From contig DASPSR010000045.1 of the NCBI GenBank assembly GCA_035623825.1, positions 23,630 through 87,629 on the forward strand: DNA of 64,000 nt, read 5' to 3'. Below, piece after piece: positions 50,516 to 60,905 of the stretch (positions within the stretch are counted from its first letter, which is position 1; the number at the start of each line of letters is the position of its first letter). This DNA is from Nitrospirota bacterium (GTDB lineage Bacteria; Nitrospirota; UBA9217). A program made the translations under genes and the position numbers. The notes under the pieces are model-generated. The model saw only the letters and a list, made by a program, of their open reading frames with translations. It did no database searches and was not told the origin of the DNA.

Positions 50516-53500
50516 CTACGCCATGGCAGGCTCGCGGAGCTTTACCGAGACGACCCGGGAGCTTCCGGGTTCTTCCATGGTGATGCCGTAGAGCGCATCG
50601 GCCATTTCCATGGTCCGTTTGTTGTGCGTAATGACGATGAACTGAGAGCGGCTGCTCATCTCGCGGATGAGGCGGGTGAATCGCGTGATGTTCGCCTCAT
50701 CGAGCGGCGCGTCGACCTCGTCGAGCATGCAGAAGGGGCTCGGCTTGACCAGGAAGGCCGCAAAGAGCAGGGCAATGGCTGTGAGCGCCCGCTCACCGCC
50801 CGACAGCAGCGAAATGCTCTGGAACTTCTTACCTCTGGGCTGGGCGATGATCTCGATGCCCGACTCGAGGATGTCGGATTCATCGAGGAGCACGAGTTCG
50901 GCCCTGCCCCCTTCGAACAGGAGAGCAAAGACCTCCTTGAACTTTTCCTGAATGGCGTTGAAAGCCTCGCTGAAGAGTTCCTTGGTCTCGCCGTCGAGCT
51001 TGGCGATGGTCGCCTTAAGGTTATTGATGGACTCGTTGATGTCGTTTTGCTGCGCGCTCAGGGTTTCATAGCGTTCCTTGAGCTCGTCATATTCCTGAAG
51101 CGCGTCGATATTGATTGGCCCCATCTGGTCGATCTTCTGGCGCAGTTCGTCGAGCTGGAGTTTCGCCTCCTCGACGTTGATCTCGAACGGGCCGAGCTCC
51201 TGGACCGCGGTCTCGAGCTCGGTGTGGTAGGTGCTCCATATCCGGTCTTTCAGGTGTTCGATCTTCATGCGCAGCTCGGTGCGTTTGACTTCTCCTGAAG
51301 AAAGACGCTTCTGGGACGCTTCGATGTCGTGCAGGACCTGGCGTTCCTGTTCCTCCTCGGCATGGAGCGCCTGGGTCTTTTCCGCATGCGCATCCTGCTT
51401 GGCAACAAGAACCCGGCGTTCTGCTTCGAGTATCTCGATGTCCCGTTTGATCTCGGTCTCGGCCTCGGCGATGGACGCTTCCAGCTCGGTCAGTTTTTCC
51501 GCAATGCTCGCGATCTCGGCCTCCCGGGAGGACATCCGCTCGGCAAGTTCCGATTCGGTTTTTAGGAGCGCATCACGATTTCTGGCTGCCGACGACTGTT
51601 TTTCCTGGAGCGCTGCGATCTCCATCATGATCTCGGTTATGGCGGCGCGTGCAGTCTCAAATTCTTCTTTTTTCAGGGAGAGCTCTGCCTGGAGCGATTC
51701 GACGCTGGCAAGGGCGTTCGCATGGCCTGCCTCCAGGCTCCTGAGCGCCTCCTTTGCCTTTTCAATGCCGGCATTCAGCTCACGTCTCAGTGACGCGCGT
51801 TCCGATGATTCCGCGTCGATGGCCCTGACCCGTTCGTCGGCACGGCCGATCTCGTCCCTGACCGCGGCACAATCCTTTTCCCGGTTCACGAAATCGATCT
51901 CCATGCGGTGGATCTGCTGGGCGAGGTCAGATTCCATTTTTTTGCCGAACTCTATGGCCGCGTCCAAGGACGTGAGCTCCGCTTCGAACTTCGCAGCGCC
52001 GACGGTAAGTTCCGCCACCTCGAGCTCCAGGTCCTTGATCTCGCGGCGCTTGGTCAGCATGCCGGTTCCCACGGCTTCCACCGTGCCGCCCGTGACCGCT
52101 CCCCACGGGTCCAGGATTTCGCCCGAAAGGGTGACGATGGTCTTGTGCATGCCGTTCTTGTTCCACAGGTATAAGGCGGTGTCCATGGTATCCACGACGA
52201 CCACATCGCCGAGGAGGTACTGGGCCACGCTGCTGTAGCTGTCCTTGTATCGGACGATGCTCAAGGCCGATCCGATGACGCCTTCATGGCCGTTCTTGAT
52301 GAAAGGCTCCGACTTGATCTCGCGCGGCGTCCTCGGCACGAAGGTGCTTCGACCGCCGCTCCTGGTCTTGAGGTAATCGATGGCCTTCAGTGAATCGTGC
52401 TGCGAATCCACAACGACATACTGCAGCCGATCGCCGAGTACCGCCTCGATGGCCACTTCATACTGGGGCTCGGTCTCGATCATGTCCGCAACCAGCCCGT
52501 GGATCGTGCCGAGACGTTCCGCCGCGGTAGCCTCTTTCCGGGCGGACATGACAGTCCGCACTCCCTTCTGATAGCCCTCCAGACTCTGCTCCAGCTCGAT
52601 GAGGGACCGCAGACGGGAATTCTGGCCGGCAAGCCTGTTCCTGGTGTCGTTCAGGCCCGCTTCAACCGCCTTCCTTTGAACAAGCGCCTCCTCCAGCCGT
52701 TCGACGACACGCGTACGCTCTTCCTGATCTGCCTTCTTCCTGACGGAGACCTCCTCGATCTCGCGCTCTCTGACGGCAAGGAGGGCGGCCAGTTCCTGCA
52801 GCTTTTGCGCCAGATCCTGTTTTTCTCTCAGGCTGCGCGCATCTTGTTCGTCGATCTGAGAAAGCCGTGCCTGCAGGTTCGATATCGTGGTCTTCTCGGC
52901 TGCGGACTCGGTCATCGTGTTCAGGATTCCGGCCCGTGTTTCTTCGAGCGAGAATTCTTTGTCCTTGAGCGTCTGGGCGAGGGAATCCAGGTTTGCTGTC
53001 CGGTCACCGAGCACGGCGTTCTTCCCCTCGATCGATGCTGCAAGGGCCCCTGACTCTTGTTCGAGCCGGGCCTTCTGTTCCGCAAACCGGGCCGTTTCCT
53101 GTTTCAGATACTCCATGTCGGCGAGGTCGCGGCCGCGCTGCTCGATGAACGAGGCGATACGGCTTTTCGACATCTCAACGCGGTGCTCGGCGCGGCTGAG
53201 CGCACTTTCGGTCTCGTGGATCTTGTGCCGGAGTGCGGTAAGCTCATGCTCTTGAGCGAGGACGTCGGCACGAGACTCCTCAACGAACGACTCGATTCTC
53301 CCGAGATTAGCATGCAGTTCCGTGACCTCGTCTTCCGCCTTTTTGAATTCCTCGGTCGCGGCAGTCCATTCGGTTCCGAGGTTCGAGTACTCAACGGACG
53401 CAAGACGAAAATCGAGGTCCTTCATCTCCGCGCGAAGCTTCTGGTAGCGCGCGGCTTTCTTTGCCTGGCGGTCAAGGGAGTTTACCTGGCGCTTCACTTC

Positions 53501-54097
53501 GGTGATGATGTCGTTCACCCGAAGCTGGTTCTGCTGGGTGGATTCGAGCTTGGACATCGCTTCCTGGCGACGGGCCTTGTATTTCATGACGCCAGCCACT
53601 TCCTCGAACAGGAACCGGCGGTCCTGTGGCTTGGACGAAAGGATCTGATCGACCCTGTCCTGCTCGATGATGGCGTGTATCTTGGCGCCCACGCCCGCGT
53701 CCATCATGAGGTCTCGGATGTCCTTGAGACGGCAAGGGATCTTATTGATCAGGTATTCACTGTCGCCGGAACGGTAGAGCCTCCGCGTGATTTCAATTTC
53801 CTCGTACTGCCCGAACTCGGAGGAGAGGTTGCCGGCAACGTTCGTAAGCGTGAGGGTAACTTCGGCCATCCCCTGGGGTTTGCGGCTCTCGCTCCCGTTG
53901 AAGATCACGTCCTCCATCTTATCGCCGCGGAGATGCTTTGCGCTTTGCTCGCCGAGAACCCAGCGGATCGCATCGGAGATGTTGCTCTTGCCGCAGCCGT
54001 TCGGGCCTACCACGGCCGTGACGCCCTGCTGAAACGTGATGGTTGTCTTGTCTGAGAAGGATTTAAAGCCGATCATTTCGAGGGTCTTAAGCTGCAT
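50516..54097 (-). CDS. smc: Chromosome segregation protein SMC
   Basis: [14 protein letters not shown], hinge, [14 protein letters not shown]. Confidence 0.97.
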   Translation of the reverse strand: MQLKTLEMIGFKSFSDKTTITFQQGVTAVVGPNGCGKSNISDAIRWVLGEQSAKHLRGDKMEDVIFNGSESRKPQGMAEVTLTLTNVAGNLSSEFGQYEEIEITRRLYRSGDSEYLINKIPCRLKDIRDLMMDAGVGAKIHAIIEQDRVDQILSSKPQDRRFLFEEVAGVMKYKARRQEAMSKLESTQQNQLRVNDIITEVKRQVNSLDRQAKKAARYQKLRAEMKDLDFRLASVEYSNLGTEWTAATEEFKKAEDEVTELHANLGRIESFVEESRADVLAQEHELTALRHKIHETESALSRAEHRVEMSKSRIASFIEQRGRDLADMEYLKQETARFAEQKARLEQESGALAASIEGKNAVLGDRTANLDSLAQTLKDKEFSLEETRAGILNTMTESAAEKTTISNLQARLSQIDEQDARSLREKQDLAQKLQELAALLAVREREIEEVSVRKKADQEERTRVVERLEEALVQRKAVEAGLNDTRNRLAGQNSRLRSLIELEQSLEGYQKGVRTVMSARKEATAAERLGTIHGLVADMIETEPQYEVAIEAVLGDRLQYVVVDSQHDSLKAIDYLKTRSGGRSTFVPRTPREIKSEPFIKNGHEGVIGSALSIVRYKDSYSSVAQYLLGDVVVVDTMDTALYLWNKNGMHKTIVTLSGEILDPWGAVTGGTVEAVGTGMLTKRREIKDLELEVAELTVGAAKFEAELTSLDAAIEFGKKMESDLAQQIHRMEIDFVNREKDCAAVRDEIGRADERVRAIDAESSERASLRRELNAGIEKAKEALRSLEAGHANALASVESLQAELSLKKEEFETARAAITEIMMEIAALQEKQSSAARNRDALLKTESELAERMSSREAEIASIAEKLTELEASIAEAETEIKRDIEILEAERRVLVAKQDAHAEKTQALHAEEEQERQVLHDIEASQKRLSSGEVKRTELRMKIEHLKDRIWSTYHTELETAVQELGPFEINVEEAKLQLDELRQKIDQMGPINIDALQEYDELKERYETLSAQQNDINESINNLKATIAKLDGETKELFSEAFNAIQEKFKEVFALLFEGGRAELVLLDESDILESGIEIIAQPRGKKFQSISLLSGGERALTAIALLFAAFLVKPSPFCMLDEVDAPLDEANITRFTRLIREMSSRSQFIVITHNKRTMEMADALYGITMEEPGSSRVVSVKLREPAMA

Positions 54098-54266
54098 AGG
54101 CCTCCCCTGATTTAAAAAAAGTATAATGCAATATTCAAGGCTTAAAATCTAAATGTAACTATCGGAAGGAATTCAAGAATCACTGTTTCGTTAGTGGGTT
54201 TATAGCATATATGGGGATATTTGTAAAGTGAAAAGTAACAAGCTGAGGTGTTGTCTTTCGGTAGGA

Positions 54267-54282
54267 ATACAATATATAGTGG
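54267..54282. promoter_or_regulatory. NrdR-box-like site upstream of smc
   Basis: ataCaATATATaGtgg matches acaCwAtATaTwGtgt at 14 of 16 positions. Confidence 0.45.
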
Positions 54283-54295
54283 TGCCGGGGCTGTC

Positions 54296-56011
54296 TTAAA
54301 TGTCTCCCTCTTTGAGACGGTTCATCCCCATGGACATGGGCAAGAAAAGCGCCACAATGTTTACGATGACCACCATAATGAATGAGACCGCTATGCCGGC
54401 CCATCCCGACAGCGAGATACGGCCGCCAAGGGTTTGAACCGTGAAGATGCGGTACACGGGCCAGGCCTCGAGGACGATCACTACTCCGATGAACATCATC
54501 GCAATGATCATGTACACGATCCCTCCGAAGCCCGTAGGGATCTGGGCAACATTCTCGTGTTTGAACTTGGGGAAAACGGCCCCGAGGCCCACGCCGAGGG
54601 ACGTGATGCCGAAGGTCATCATGAAGACCGTCACGATACCGAGATCCATCATGAACGGGGTCACTTTGAGGAGCGTATTCGAAAGTATGATCAACACTTC
54701 GGAAAGCACCAGAAGCGGGAGAAGGCTGCTCCAGAACTTGGCCCAGAGAAAATCCCGGATCGATATCGGCGCGGCGCGAATGATCCAGAACGAAGCCCCT
54801 TCGAGGCTCACCGCGGGGAAGACGAACCGGACGGCCACGGCCGAGGTCACGAATCCGACCAGACCGAGATTCAAAAACGAGATCAGATTCTGGAGGTAGA
54901 AGCTCGGCAGTGCCGCGTGCTCGAGGGGCAGGAGCTTGAAGCTGTAAATATAGACGACCATGAGCGCGAACAGGAGAAACAGCTGAGACCACTGCGACGT
55001 GTCGCGGAAAAAGAGCTTTACGTCCTTCAGTACGATGGCGCGCATCTTCCTCCGGAATGGAAGTGACAGCAGCCGGAAAAGCGCGTCAGCGGCGCGCGAT
55101 CGTGAGAGAGGAGCTCTCTTACCTTCCTGCGAACGGGACCACCCTGTGTAGTAGATCCTTCCGCAAACCCATTCTCCGATCACGATGCTTGCGGCAGCCG
55201 TGCTCCACAGCATGAGCAGGGAGAACCACGTATCGCCTCTGGACGTGCGCAAGAGCGGGGAGAGCGTCTCCGTCGCCCAGTTGCTTGGCAAAAGCGGAGA
55301 AACGGGGGCCCTCATGGCCGTGAGGTATTGCACGAGCGTGGGGAACGCATCGGGGTCCACAAGCTTCTCCGGCCTGAGCATCCGGAACAGGATATACATG
55401 ACGACGAAAAAGAGTAGCCCGATCAGCACCAGTATGTCCTTGGCCCGGCGCGCGGGGAAAGCGTTCACGAGCAGCATGGTCACGATGATGCCGAAGCCTG
55501 CGGGGATGATCAGAAAGGGGATAATGGTAAGAACCAGTCCGAAATAGTACACGGCGGTAACTTTGAATACTGTCCCGTAGGAGATGAAGACCGGCAGGCC
55601 GTAGATGAGCGTCATCCAGGACGAGTCGACAATGGTCTCAATGAACTTGGCCCGGTAGATGGTCTCGATTTGCACCGGCGATGACAGGAGGATGTCGAGC
55701 TCTCCTGACAGGTAGAAGGTCGAGAGGGATGTTACGATGTTGCTGAAGACGAGAATGGAAAAGAATGTCAAGAGTATCATCGACAGCAGCCGGAGCGCGA
55801 GCAGATCGCCGAGGCCTTCAATTGTCCTGAAGTAGGCCAGGACCTTGTATGACACCCCGAACATGAAAGCCCAGAAACCTAAACCGAGCAGGAAAAGGAC
55901 GACTGTTTTGAGCCCGTCACCGGGAGCAAGCCGGTTCAGACTGTTCTTTACCGCATGATATCGCGGAGCGAGAAGAAGAAAGACGCGTCCATGCTGAAAT
56001 GAAGGTGTCAT
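54296..56011 (-). CDS. Putative ABC exporter permease
   Basis: Many TMs, ELDILLSSPV, KDVKLFFRD, SLEG.SFW. Confidence 0.85.
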   Translation of the reverse strand: MTPSFQHGRVFLLLAPRYHAVKNSLNRLAPGDGLKTVVLFLLGLGFWAFMFGVSYKVLAYFRTIEGLGDLLALRLLSMILLTFFSILVFSNIVTSLSTFYLSGELDILLSSPVQIETIYRAKFIETIVDSSWMTLIYGLPVFISYGTVFKVTAVYYFGLVLTIIPFLIIPAGFGIIVTMLLVNAFPARRAKDILVLIGLLFFVVMYILFRMLRPEKLVDPDAFPTLVQYLTAMRAPVSPLLPSNWATETLSPLLRTSRGDTWFSLLMLWSTAAASIVIGEWVCGRIYYTGWSRSQEGKRAPLSRSRAADALFRLLSLPFRRKMRAIVLKDVKLFFRDTSQWSQLFLLFALMVVYIYSFKLLPLEHAALPSFYLQNLISFLNLGLVGFVTSAVAVRFVFPAVSLEGASFWIIRAAPISIRDFLWAKFWSSLLPLLVLSEVLIILSNTLLKVTPFMMDLGIVTVFMMTFGITSLGVGLGAVFPKFKHENVAQIPTGFGGIVYMIIAMMFIGVVIVLEAWPVYRIFTVQTLGGRISLSGWAGIAVSFIMVVIVNIVALFLPMSMGMNRLKEGDI

Positions 56012-56103
56012 AATTTCCTTGCATTAGTAATTCAGATAATTCGCAAACCTCATGACTGGCGTCCCTCTGGAAGCAATGCTCCCCGCTATGCCTGAATATC
56101 TGA

Positions 56104-56835
56104 TCACGATACCGCCTCATCTCCTCCTGTCAATTTGAGGAAAATCGGCTCGAGATGGCTATTCGGCATGCGGGCCATATGGCCAAGGTCTTCGACGCTG
56201 CCTTCAGCTATGATCACACCTTTGTTGATGATGGCAACTCGGGTGCACATTTGTTCAACGATCTCGAGGGTGTGCGTGGACATGAACACAGTGACGCCTT
56301 TTGACGCCAGATCCTTGAAGATGTCTTTCACGAGCCGTGCGCCTCGAGGGTCCAGGCCCACCATGGGTTCGTCCACGATGAGCACCTGCGGCTTATGGAG
56401 CAGGGCGGAGGCCATGACCAGACGTTGCTTCATGCCGTGGGAGAAGTTTTCGACGAGTTCATCGGCCCATTCCTTCAATCCAAACAGGGCCAGCAGCCCG
56501 CTGATCTCCTTTTCCGCGTCGTCCATGTCATAGAGCTTCGAGACAAAGCGCATGAACTCAGTTGCCGTGAGTTTCTCGTACAGGAAAGGCCTGTCGGGAA
56601 TGAAGCCGATGATGAGCTTCGCCTTGAGCGGTTCCTGCTGGACATCATACCCGCCGATGAATGCGCTGCCGCTCGTTGGTTGGAGCAGACCCGCCATCAT
56701 CTTGATCGTCGTGGTCTTGCCGGCGCCATTGGGGCCGAGGAAGCCGAAGACCTCGCCCTGCGCGACTTCGAGGTTAAGGCTGTCCACAGCCGTGAGCTTG
56801 CCGTAGAGCTTTGTCAGGTTCTTCAGTTTGATCAT
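56104..56835 (-). CDS. ABC transporter ATP-binding protein
   Basis: GPNGAGKTT, FSHGMKQR, VDEP, STH; start moved to ATG 56835. Confidence 0.95.
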   Translation of the reverse strand: MIKLKNLTKLYGKLTAVDSLNLEVAQGEVFGFLGPNGAGKTTTIKMMAGLLQPTSGSAFIGGYDVQQEPLKAKLIIGFIPDRPFLYEKLTATEFMRFVSKLYDMDDAEKEISGLLALFGLKEWADELVENFSHGMKQRLVMASALLHKPQVLIVDEPMVGLDPRGARLVKDIFKDLASKGVTVFMSTHTLEIVEQMCTRVAIINKGVIIAEGSVEDLGHMARMPNSHLEPIFLKLTGGDEAVS

Positions 56836-56985
56836 GGTTTTTATAGGCGAATATCCGCACGTGCACGGATTAAAGGTGAAATCTAGAACCGTCCAGGACG
56901 CGGAGGTACGCCGAAAACCGTCTCTGCTCATGACTGAAACAGTCAGTCCAGGGAGATCTGCGCCTCCGGTCTTGACCAGCGAATC

Positions 56986-58437
56986 TCATTTATATTCCAA
57001 AACGTCAACCTTCAATTTTCCCACGAGCCTCAGGATGTCCGACTGTCGGTCGAGGTTGCCTGCGATGAACCGGATATGCGTGGCGTCGGCTGGGAACTGG
57101 TTGAAAGTCGGATCAATGGCAGTCCAGCGGCCGAGCCACACTTCGGGCCAGGCATGATAATAGAACCCGTCCCGCATGTACACGATGCCCGCGGCCATGC
57201 GTGTCGGAATGCCCGCGGCGCGCGCGAGGGCCGTATACAGCGTCGTGTGTTCGTTGCAGTCTCCCACTCGCTGGCTCAGGACCTCGATTGCGCTCGGGAT
57301 GCTCACGACCGGTTTTTTCTCGATCGCGCTGTAGACCCATTCGTTGATCTTCCTTGCTGCCTGCAGCGCATCTTTTTCTCCTGAGAGGATCTTTCCTGCT
57401 TGATATTTTATCCTTTCGTCGTCGCTCTGGATCAGGGCCGTCGGCTGGAGCGATTCATTCCGGTCTTTTCCCGCGTAGGGGAGAACATAGGAAACGGGAT
57501 TATCCTGAACGTGCACCTCGACGATGTCCTCTTTGAATATCTGCCGGTCGCCGTCGAGATCGAAACCCTGGAACGGAGCCCCGCTGAGCCTTGCTTTGAG
57601 GTATTTTGTCTGATCGGAATTGTCCACGTGATTAGACTGGATCATCACGAGGGCGATGATGTCCACCGCGGGGCCTTTCTTGTCCCTCTTTAAGGCCTCG
57701 GCCATACTCTCTTTCAGCAGCACGTAGCCGAGCGGACTTTCTTCCTTAATGGTATCCCCATCCTCGGTGATCCAGGAAAAGGCCTCGAGGCCCTGATAGG
57801 TTTCCTTTAGTTTATATACGGTCTGTTCCTTGTCGCCGATCTTGATGCTTTCCTTGGACTCGATGGAGATTGAGGTATCTTCCATGTTCATGGTGGCGGG
57901 GTTGAACACGGGAAAGCGGTATGTTTTGCCCGGTTCCAGACCGAGGAGAATGAGAGCGGGGATTATGGTCGGCGAAAGGTGAGGCGGCTCCTTGAGCCGG
58001 ATGCGCTCCTTGCGTATCTGGCCGCCGGTCAAGATATCCAACACGAGCTGATTGCCGACGACGGCCCCCTTGATCGTCATGGAACTTGTATCTGACTGCA
58101 TGGTGAAGTCGAAGTACTTGAGCAGGAAGTTCTTGGTGGTGTAGCTATTGATGACGGTCTTGACGTGCTGCAACGAGCCAAGGACGAGAATATCAAGCTC
58201 CGACTCTTCCGTCAGACGGTAGGTGTCTGCCTCGCGTACGACCCGGGAGTGAGCATATCCGATTTTTCGGCCCTGCTGATAAATGCCTGACCATTCGTCT
58301 TTGGCGTGTACACCTTCCTCGGTTACGACATCGAGTGCGATGACCGCTGAGGGACGGAGGTAGTTGCGTTCGATGAGCAGCCCCAGCATCACGAGCCAGA
58401 AGATGAGGATGCTCAGTTTAATCAGTCTCTGCATCAT
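56986..58437 (-). CDS. Membrane-anchored transglutaminase-like protein
   Basis: N-terminal TM; GDCNEH, YHAWPEV, DPT catalytic triad. Confidence 0.9.
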   Translation of the reverse strand: MMQRLIKLSILIFWLVMLGLLIERNYLRPSAVIALDVVTEEGVHAKDEWSGIYQQGRKIGYAHSRVVREADTYRLTEESELDILVLGSLQHVKTVINSYTTKNFLLKYFDFTMQSDTSSMTIKGAVVGNQLVLDILTGGQIRKERIRLKEPPHLSPTIIPALILLGLEPGKTYRFPVFNPATMNMEDTSISIESKESIKIGDKEQTVYKLKETYQGLEAFSWITEDGDTIKEESPLGYVLLKESMAEALKRDKKGPAVDIIALVMIQSNHVDNSDQTKYLKARLSGAPFQGFDLDGDRQIFKEDIVEVHVQDNPVSYVLPYAGKDRNESLQPTALIQSDDERIKYQAGKILSGEKDALQAARKINEWVYSAIEKKPVVSIPSAIEVLSQRVGDCNEHTTLYTALARAAGIPTRMAAGIVYMRDGFYYHAWPEVWLGRWTAIDPTFNQFPADATHIRFIAGNLDRQSDILRLVGKLKVDVLEYK

Positions 58438-58629
58438 AGCGGGATACGACAAAAGGTTAATTTCTTCGTAATGTTAACCAGAAATCGGATCATTGTCAAA
58501 TGAGCCCGGTGATTCCAGACGCCTGCTATACAATAATAATGCCGTAATTTCATGGATATAGAAGAAATTTTGCCTTGACTTTGAAATGTTTATCCTCTAT
58601 ATTATGCTCCGTGGGCGGAGGAGGTGTCT

Positions 58630-58920
58630 ATGACGAAGGCCGATATCATCTCGGAAGTTTTTGATAAAACAGGCTTGCCGAAGCAGGACGCGGAAGAACT
58701 GGTCGAGATGATTCTGGATTTAATCAAACAGATCCTGAAGGAAGGCGAGACCGTTAAATTATCGGGTTTCGGTAACTTTGTTGTCCGTAAGAAGAATTCA
58801 AGAAAAGGCCGCAATCCCAAGACCGGCCAGGAAATTGAGATAACACCGCGAAAGGTTGTCAGTTTCAGGCCCAGCATGATTTTCAAAGAACATGTCATTG
58901 AATCCCCCAAAACCGAGTAA
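58630..58920 (+). CDS. ihfA: Integration host factor alpha
   Basis: MTKADI, VKLSGFGNF, GRNPKTG; followed by merR and tRNA-Pro. Confidence 0.92.
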   Translation: MTKADIISEVFDKTGLPKQDAEELVEMILDLIKQILKEGETVKLSGFGNFVVRKKNSRKGRNPKTGQEIEITPRKVVSFRPSMIFKEHVIESPKTE

Positions 58921-59215
58921 GCTTTTTTACCGGATCGGTGAAGTGAGCCGTCTGACGGGGCTCGAACCGTATGTGCTCCGCTATTGGGAAACTGAGTTTC
59001 CTCAGCTCAGGCCCAACAAGGGCAGGTCAGGGCAGCGCCTTTACAGTAAAAAGGATATAGACAACATCCTCCACATAAAACAGCTGCTCTATAAGGATGG
59101 TTATACCATCGCCGGAGCGAGAAAGAAGCTGAACGGCAAAACGGGTCCGGATGTTGAAGCTGCCATAGAGTCGGCCAAAAAGGAATTGAGGGAAATACTC
59201 GAAATACTGAAATAA
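58892..59215 (+). CDS. MerR-family regulator
   Basis: YRIGEVS, VLRYWETEFP, LLYKDGYTIAGAR. Confidence 0.92.
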   Translation: MSLNPPKPSKLFYRIGEVSRLTGLEPYVLRYWETEFPQLRPNKGRSGQRLYSKKDIDNILHIKQLLYKDGYTIAGARKKLNGKTGPDVEAAIESAKKELREILEILK

Positions 59216-59316
59216 TAATAATAATGTATATCGCAATTCAATGTTCCAGCGAAATCCTTGACCTGATTTAAACGGTCATTGAAGACTCCATGGAATTTTG
59301 AATTTACTTTTAAGTT

Positions 59317-59393
59317 CGGGGCGTGGCGCAGCCTGGTAGCGCACTCGTTTGGGGTGCGAGTGGTCGGCCGTTCAAATCGGCTCGCCCCGACCA
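59317..59393 (+). tRNA. tRNA-Pro (anticodon GGG)
   Basis: Cloverleaf: CGGGGCG/CGCCCCG acceptor stem, loop TTGGGGT, TTCAAAT T-loop, encoded CCA. Confidence 0.96.
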
Positions 59394-59398
59394 ATTTT

Positions 59399-59439
59399 AA
59401 GCCCATAAACATCAATGTTTATGGGCTTTTTTATTTTTT
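59399..59439 (+). terminator. Terminator after tRNA-Pro
   Basis: AAGCCCATAAACA-TCAA-TGTTTATGGGCTT plus T-tract. Confidence 0.85.
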
Positions 59440-59543
59440 AAGGGTATAACCCTTCATGGTTAAGGGGGCGAAAAGGGGGCAATATTTTTTAGACAGCCGG
59501 AAAATCCAGCGTAGTCTCTTAGAGTAAGATGCTAAGATACCAT

Positions 59544-59582
59544 TTGACAAGTGACGTATATTAAATTATATTATATACGTCA
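59544..59582 (+). promoter_or_regulatory. TA promoter with overlapping inverted-repeat operator
   Basis: TTGACA-17-TATATT; IR TGACGTATAT (59552-61) / ATATACGTCA (59573-82). Confidence 0.7.
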
Positions 59583-59596
59583 GGAGGGAATTAGTT

Positions 59597-59845
59597 ATGA
59601 GCACAAAATTGACATTACGGCTCGATGATAAGCTTATCAATAACGCTAAGAAAGCTGCACGTTCACGCGGTGTGAGTCTATCGAAGATGGTTGGCGATTA
59701 TTTCAACACCATTTCATCACAGCAAAAAAAAGAAATTCAAGAATCCCCTGTTCTCTCTGAGATATCGGGAATTCTCCCGCCGAGAACCGATGTGAAGAAA
59801 CTTATCAAGAGCTACAAAAGGCATCTTGAGGAGAAGTATCGGTGA
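59597..59845 (+). CDS. RHH-type antitoxin (DUF6364-like)
   Basis: TKLTLRLD...AK..A...GVSLSKMV, YKRHLEEKY; overlaps the PIN gene. Confidence 0.85.
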   Translation: MSTKLTLRLDDKLINNAKKAARSRGVSLSKMVGDYFNTISSQQKKEIQESPVLSEISGILPPRTDVKKLIKSYKRHLEEKYR

Positions 59846-60258
59846 AAACGGTTCTCTGCGATATCAACTTTTTTCTCGATATTTTCTTGAAGCGGGAACC
59901 ATTTTATACGGCTTCTGCGCGACTGTTCAAGAAAATTGAGGAAAAGGAACTGAAAGGTTACGTGTGCGCACTCAGTTTTCCCGTGCTGTTCTATCTGCTC
60001 TCCAAAGAACTACGCAGAGATCGCGCGATGAAGACGCTAGAGAAAATCAGGATCATTTTTCGCGTTGCGCCGGTCGATGAAAAAGTAGTCGATCTATCGC
60101 TGGTCTCCAGTTTTAAGGATTTCGAGGATGCTGTTCAGTATTATTCGGCCCTACAGGTTAAAGCCGATTGCGTCATCACACGGAATAAGGCAGATTATAA
60201 TGAGAGAGCAATCTCGGTTTTGACGCCGGAGGAATTTCTTTCTACCTTAGAAATGTAG
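59842..60258 (+). CDS. PIN-domain toxin
   Basis: VLCDIN..LD, DFEDAVQY, ITRN..DY, VLTPEEF. Confidence 0.88.
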   Translation: MKTVLCDINFFLDIFLKREPFYTASARLFKKIEEKELKGYVCALSFPVLFYLLSKELRRDRAMKTLEKIRIIFRVAPVDEKVVDLSLVSSFKDFEDAVQYYSALQVKADCVITRNKADYNERAISVLTPEEFLSTLEM

Positions 60259-60566
60259 TGGCTTATTCTTTTTGCAGTATTGATTCCTTCCTCTACTCTT
60301 GGAGTTGCCACACATCTAAACAAGCAACAATACAACAAGTATGCACGCTGCATATCCGAGATGAATGCGGATTTCCGGATGAAATATGGTAATCGCGATT
60401 CTTCGAAATCTTATCAACATCATCCTGGAATCCGCAACAGTTGTCATTATTCAATATTGTATCTTTTATCCAGAAATCGGTGGGTAGTAAAAGACTATCA
60501 GGAAACTGCCTTTGCGAAATCAATGATCACTCGTTCATGTAGTTCATAAGCAATATAATCAGTTAT

Positions 60567-60588
60567 AAAAAACCCGTCCCTAGCGGGC
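60567..60588 (-). terminator. Probable terminator downstream of the selenoprotein gene
   Basis: Minus strand GCCCG-CTAGGGA-CGGGT followed by a T-tract. Confidence 0.5.
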
Positions 60589-60669
60589 GTCTTACTGATT
60601 ACCGGAACCTCTTTCCTGCGACTCAGGCTCTGCGCCTTGCTTAGAACGGGTCATTAAGCATACCTTCTT

Positions 60670-60686
60670 CCCAGCTGACCGCCGGG
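60670..60686 (-). promoter_or_regulatory. SECIS-like element for Sec69 (in the 3' UTR)
   Basis: CCCGGC-GGUCA-GCUGGG, loop 18 nt after the UGA. Confidence 0.7.
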
Positions 60687-60689
60687 TTC

Positions 60690-60905
60690 TCAAACGCCTC
60701 AGGTACCACCGTAGCCTACGGTAACCTTTTCACCCTCCACTATCACCGGGACATCTCTCTTCCCCTTTGAATAGGAAAGCATTTCATCGAGCCTTGTAAC
60801 GTTTTTCTTCACATCATAATACTCGACCCTACCTCCGAAAACCTCCCGGGCCTTCTTCGTGTAGGGTCAACCCGACACCCCATATATTTTGATTTTTTCT
60901 CCCAT
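60690..60905 (-). CDS. Glutaredoxin-like selenoprotein with two Sec (U13, U69), UXX*-type
   Basis: AAAGGAG RBS; MGEKIKIYGVSG-U-PYTKKAR...RDVPVIV...VGYGGT-U-GV*; a SECIS-like hairpin after each UGA. Confidence 0.88.
60825..60868 (-). promoter_or_regulatory. SECIS-like element for Sec13
   Basis: GACCCUAC/GUAGGGUC lower stem, CGAAGA/UUUUCG and GCC/GGU upper stems, loop CGGGA 18 nt after the UGA. Confidence 0.75.

Noticed and set aside
60260-60560. ORFs 60280-60549 and 60293-60523
   Set aside because: No RBS or motifs; probably decayed island DNA
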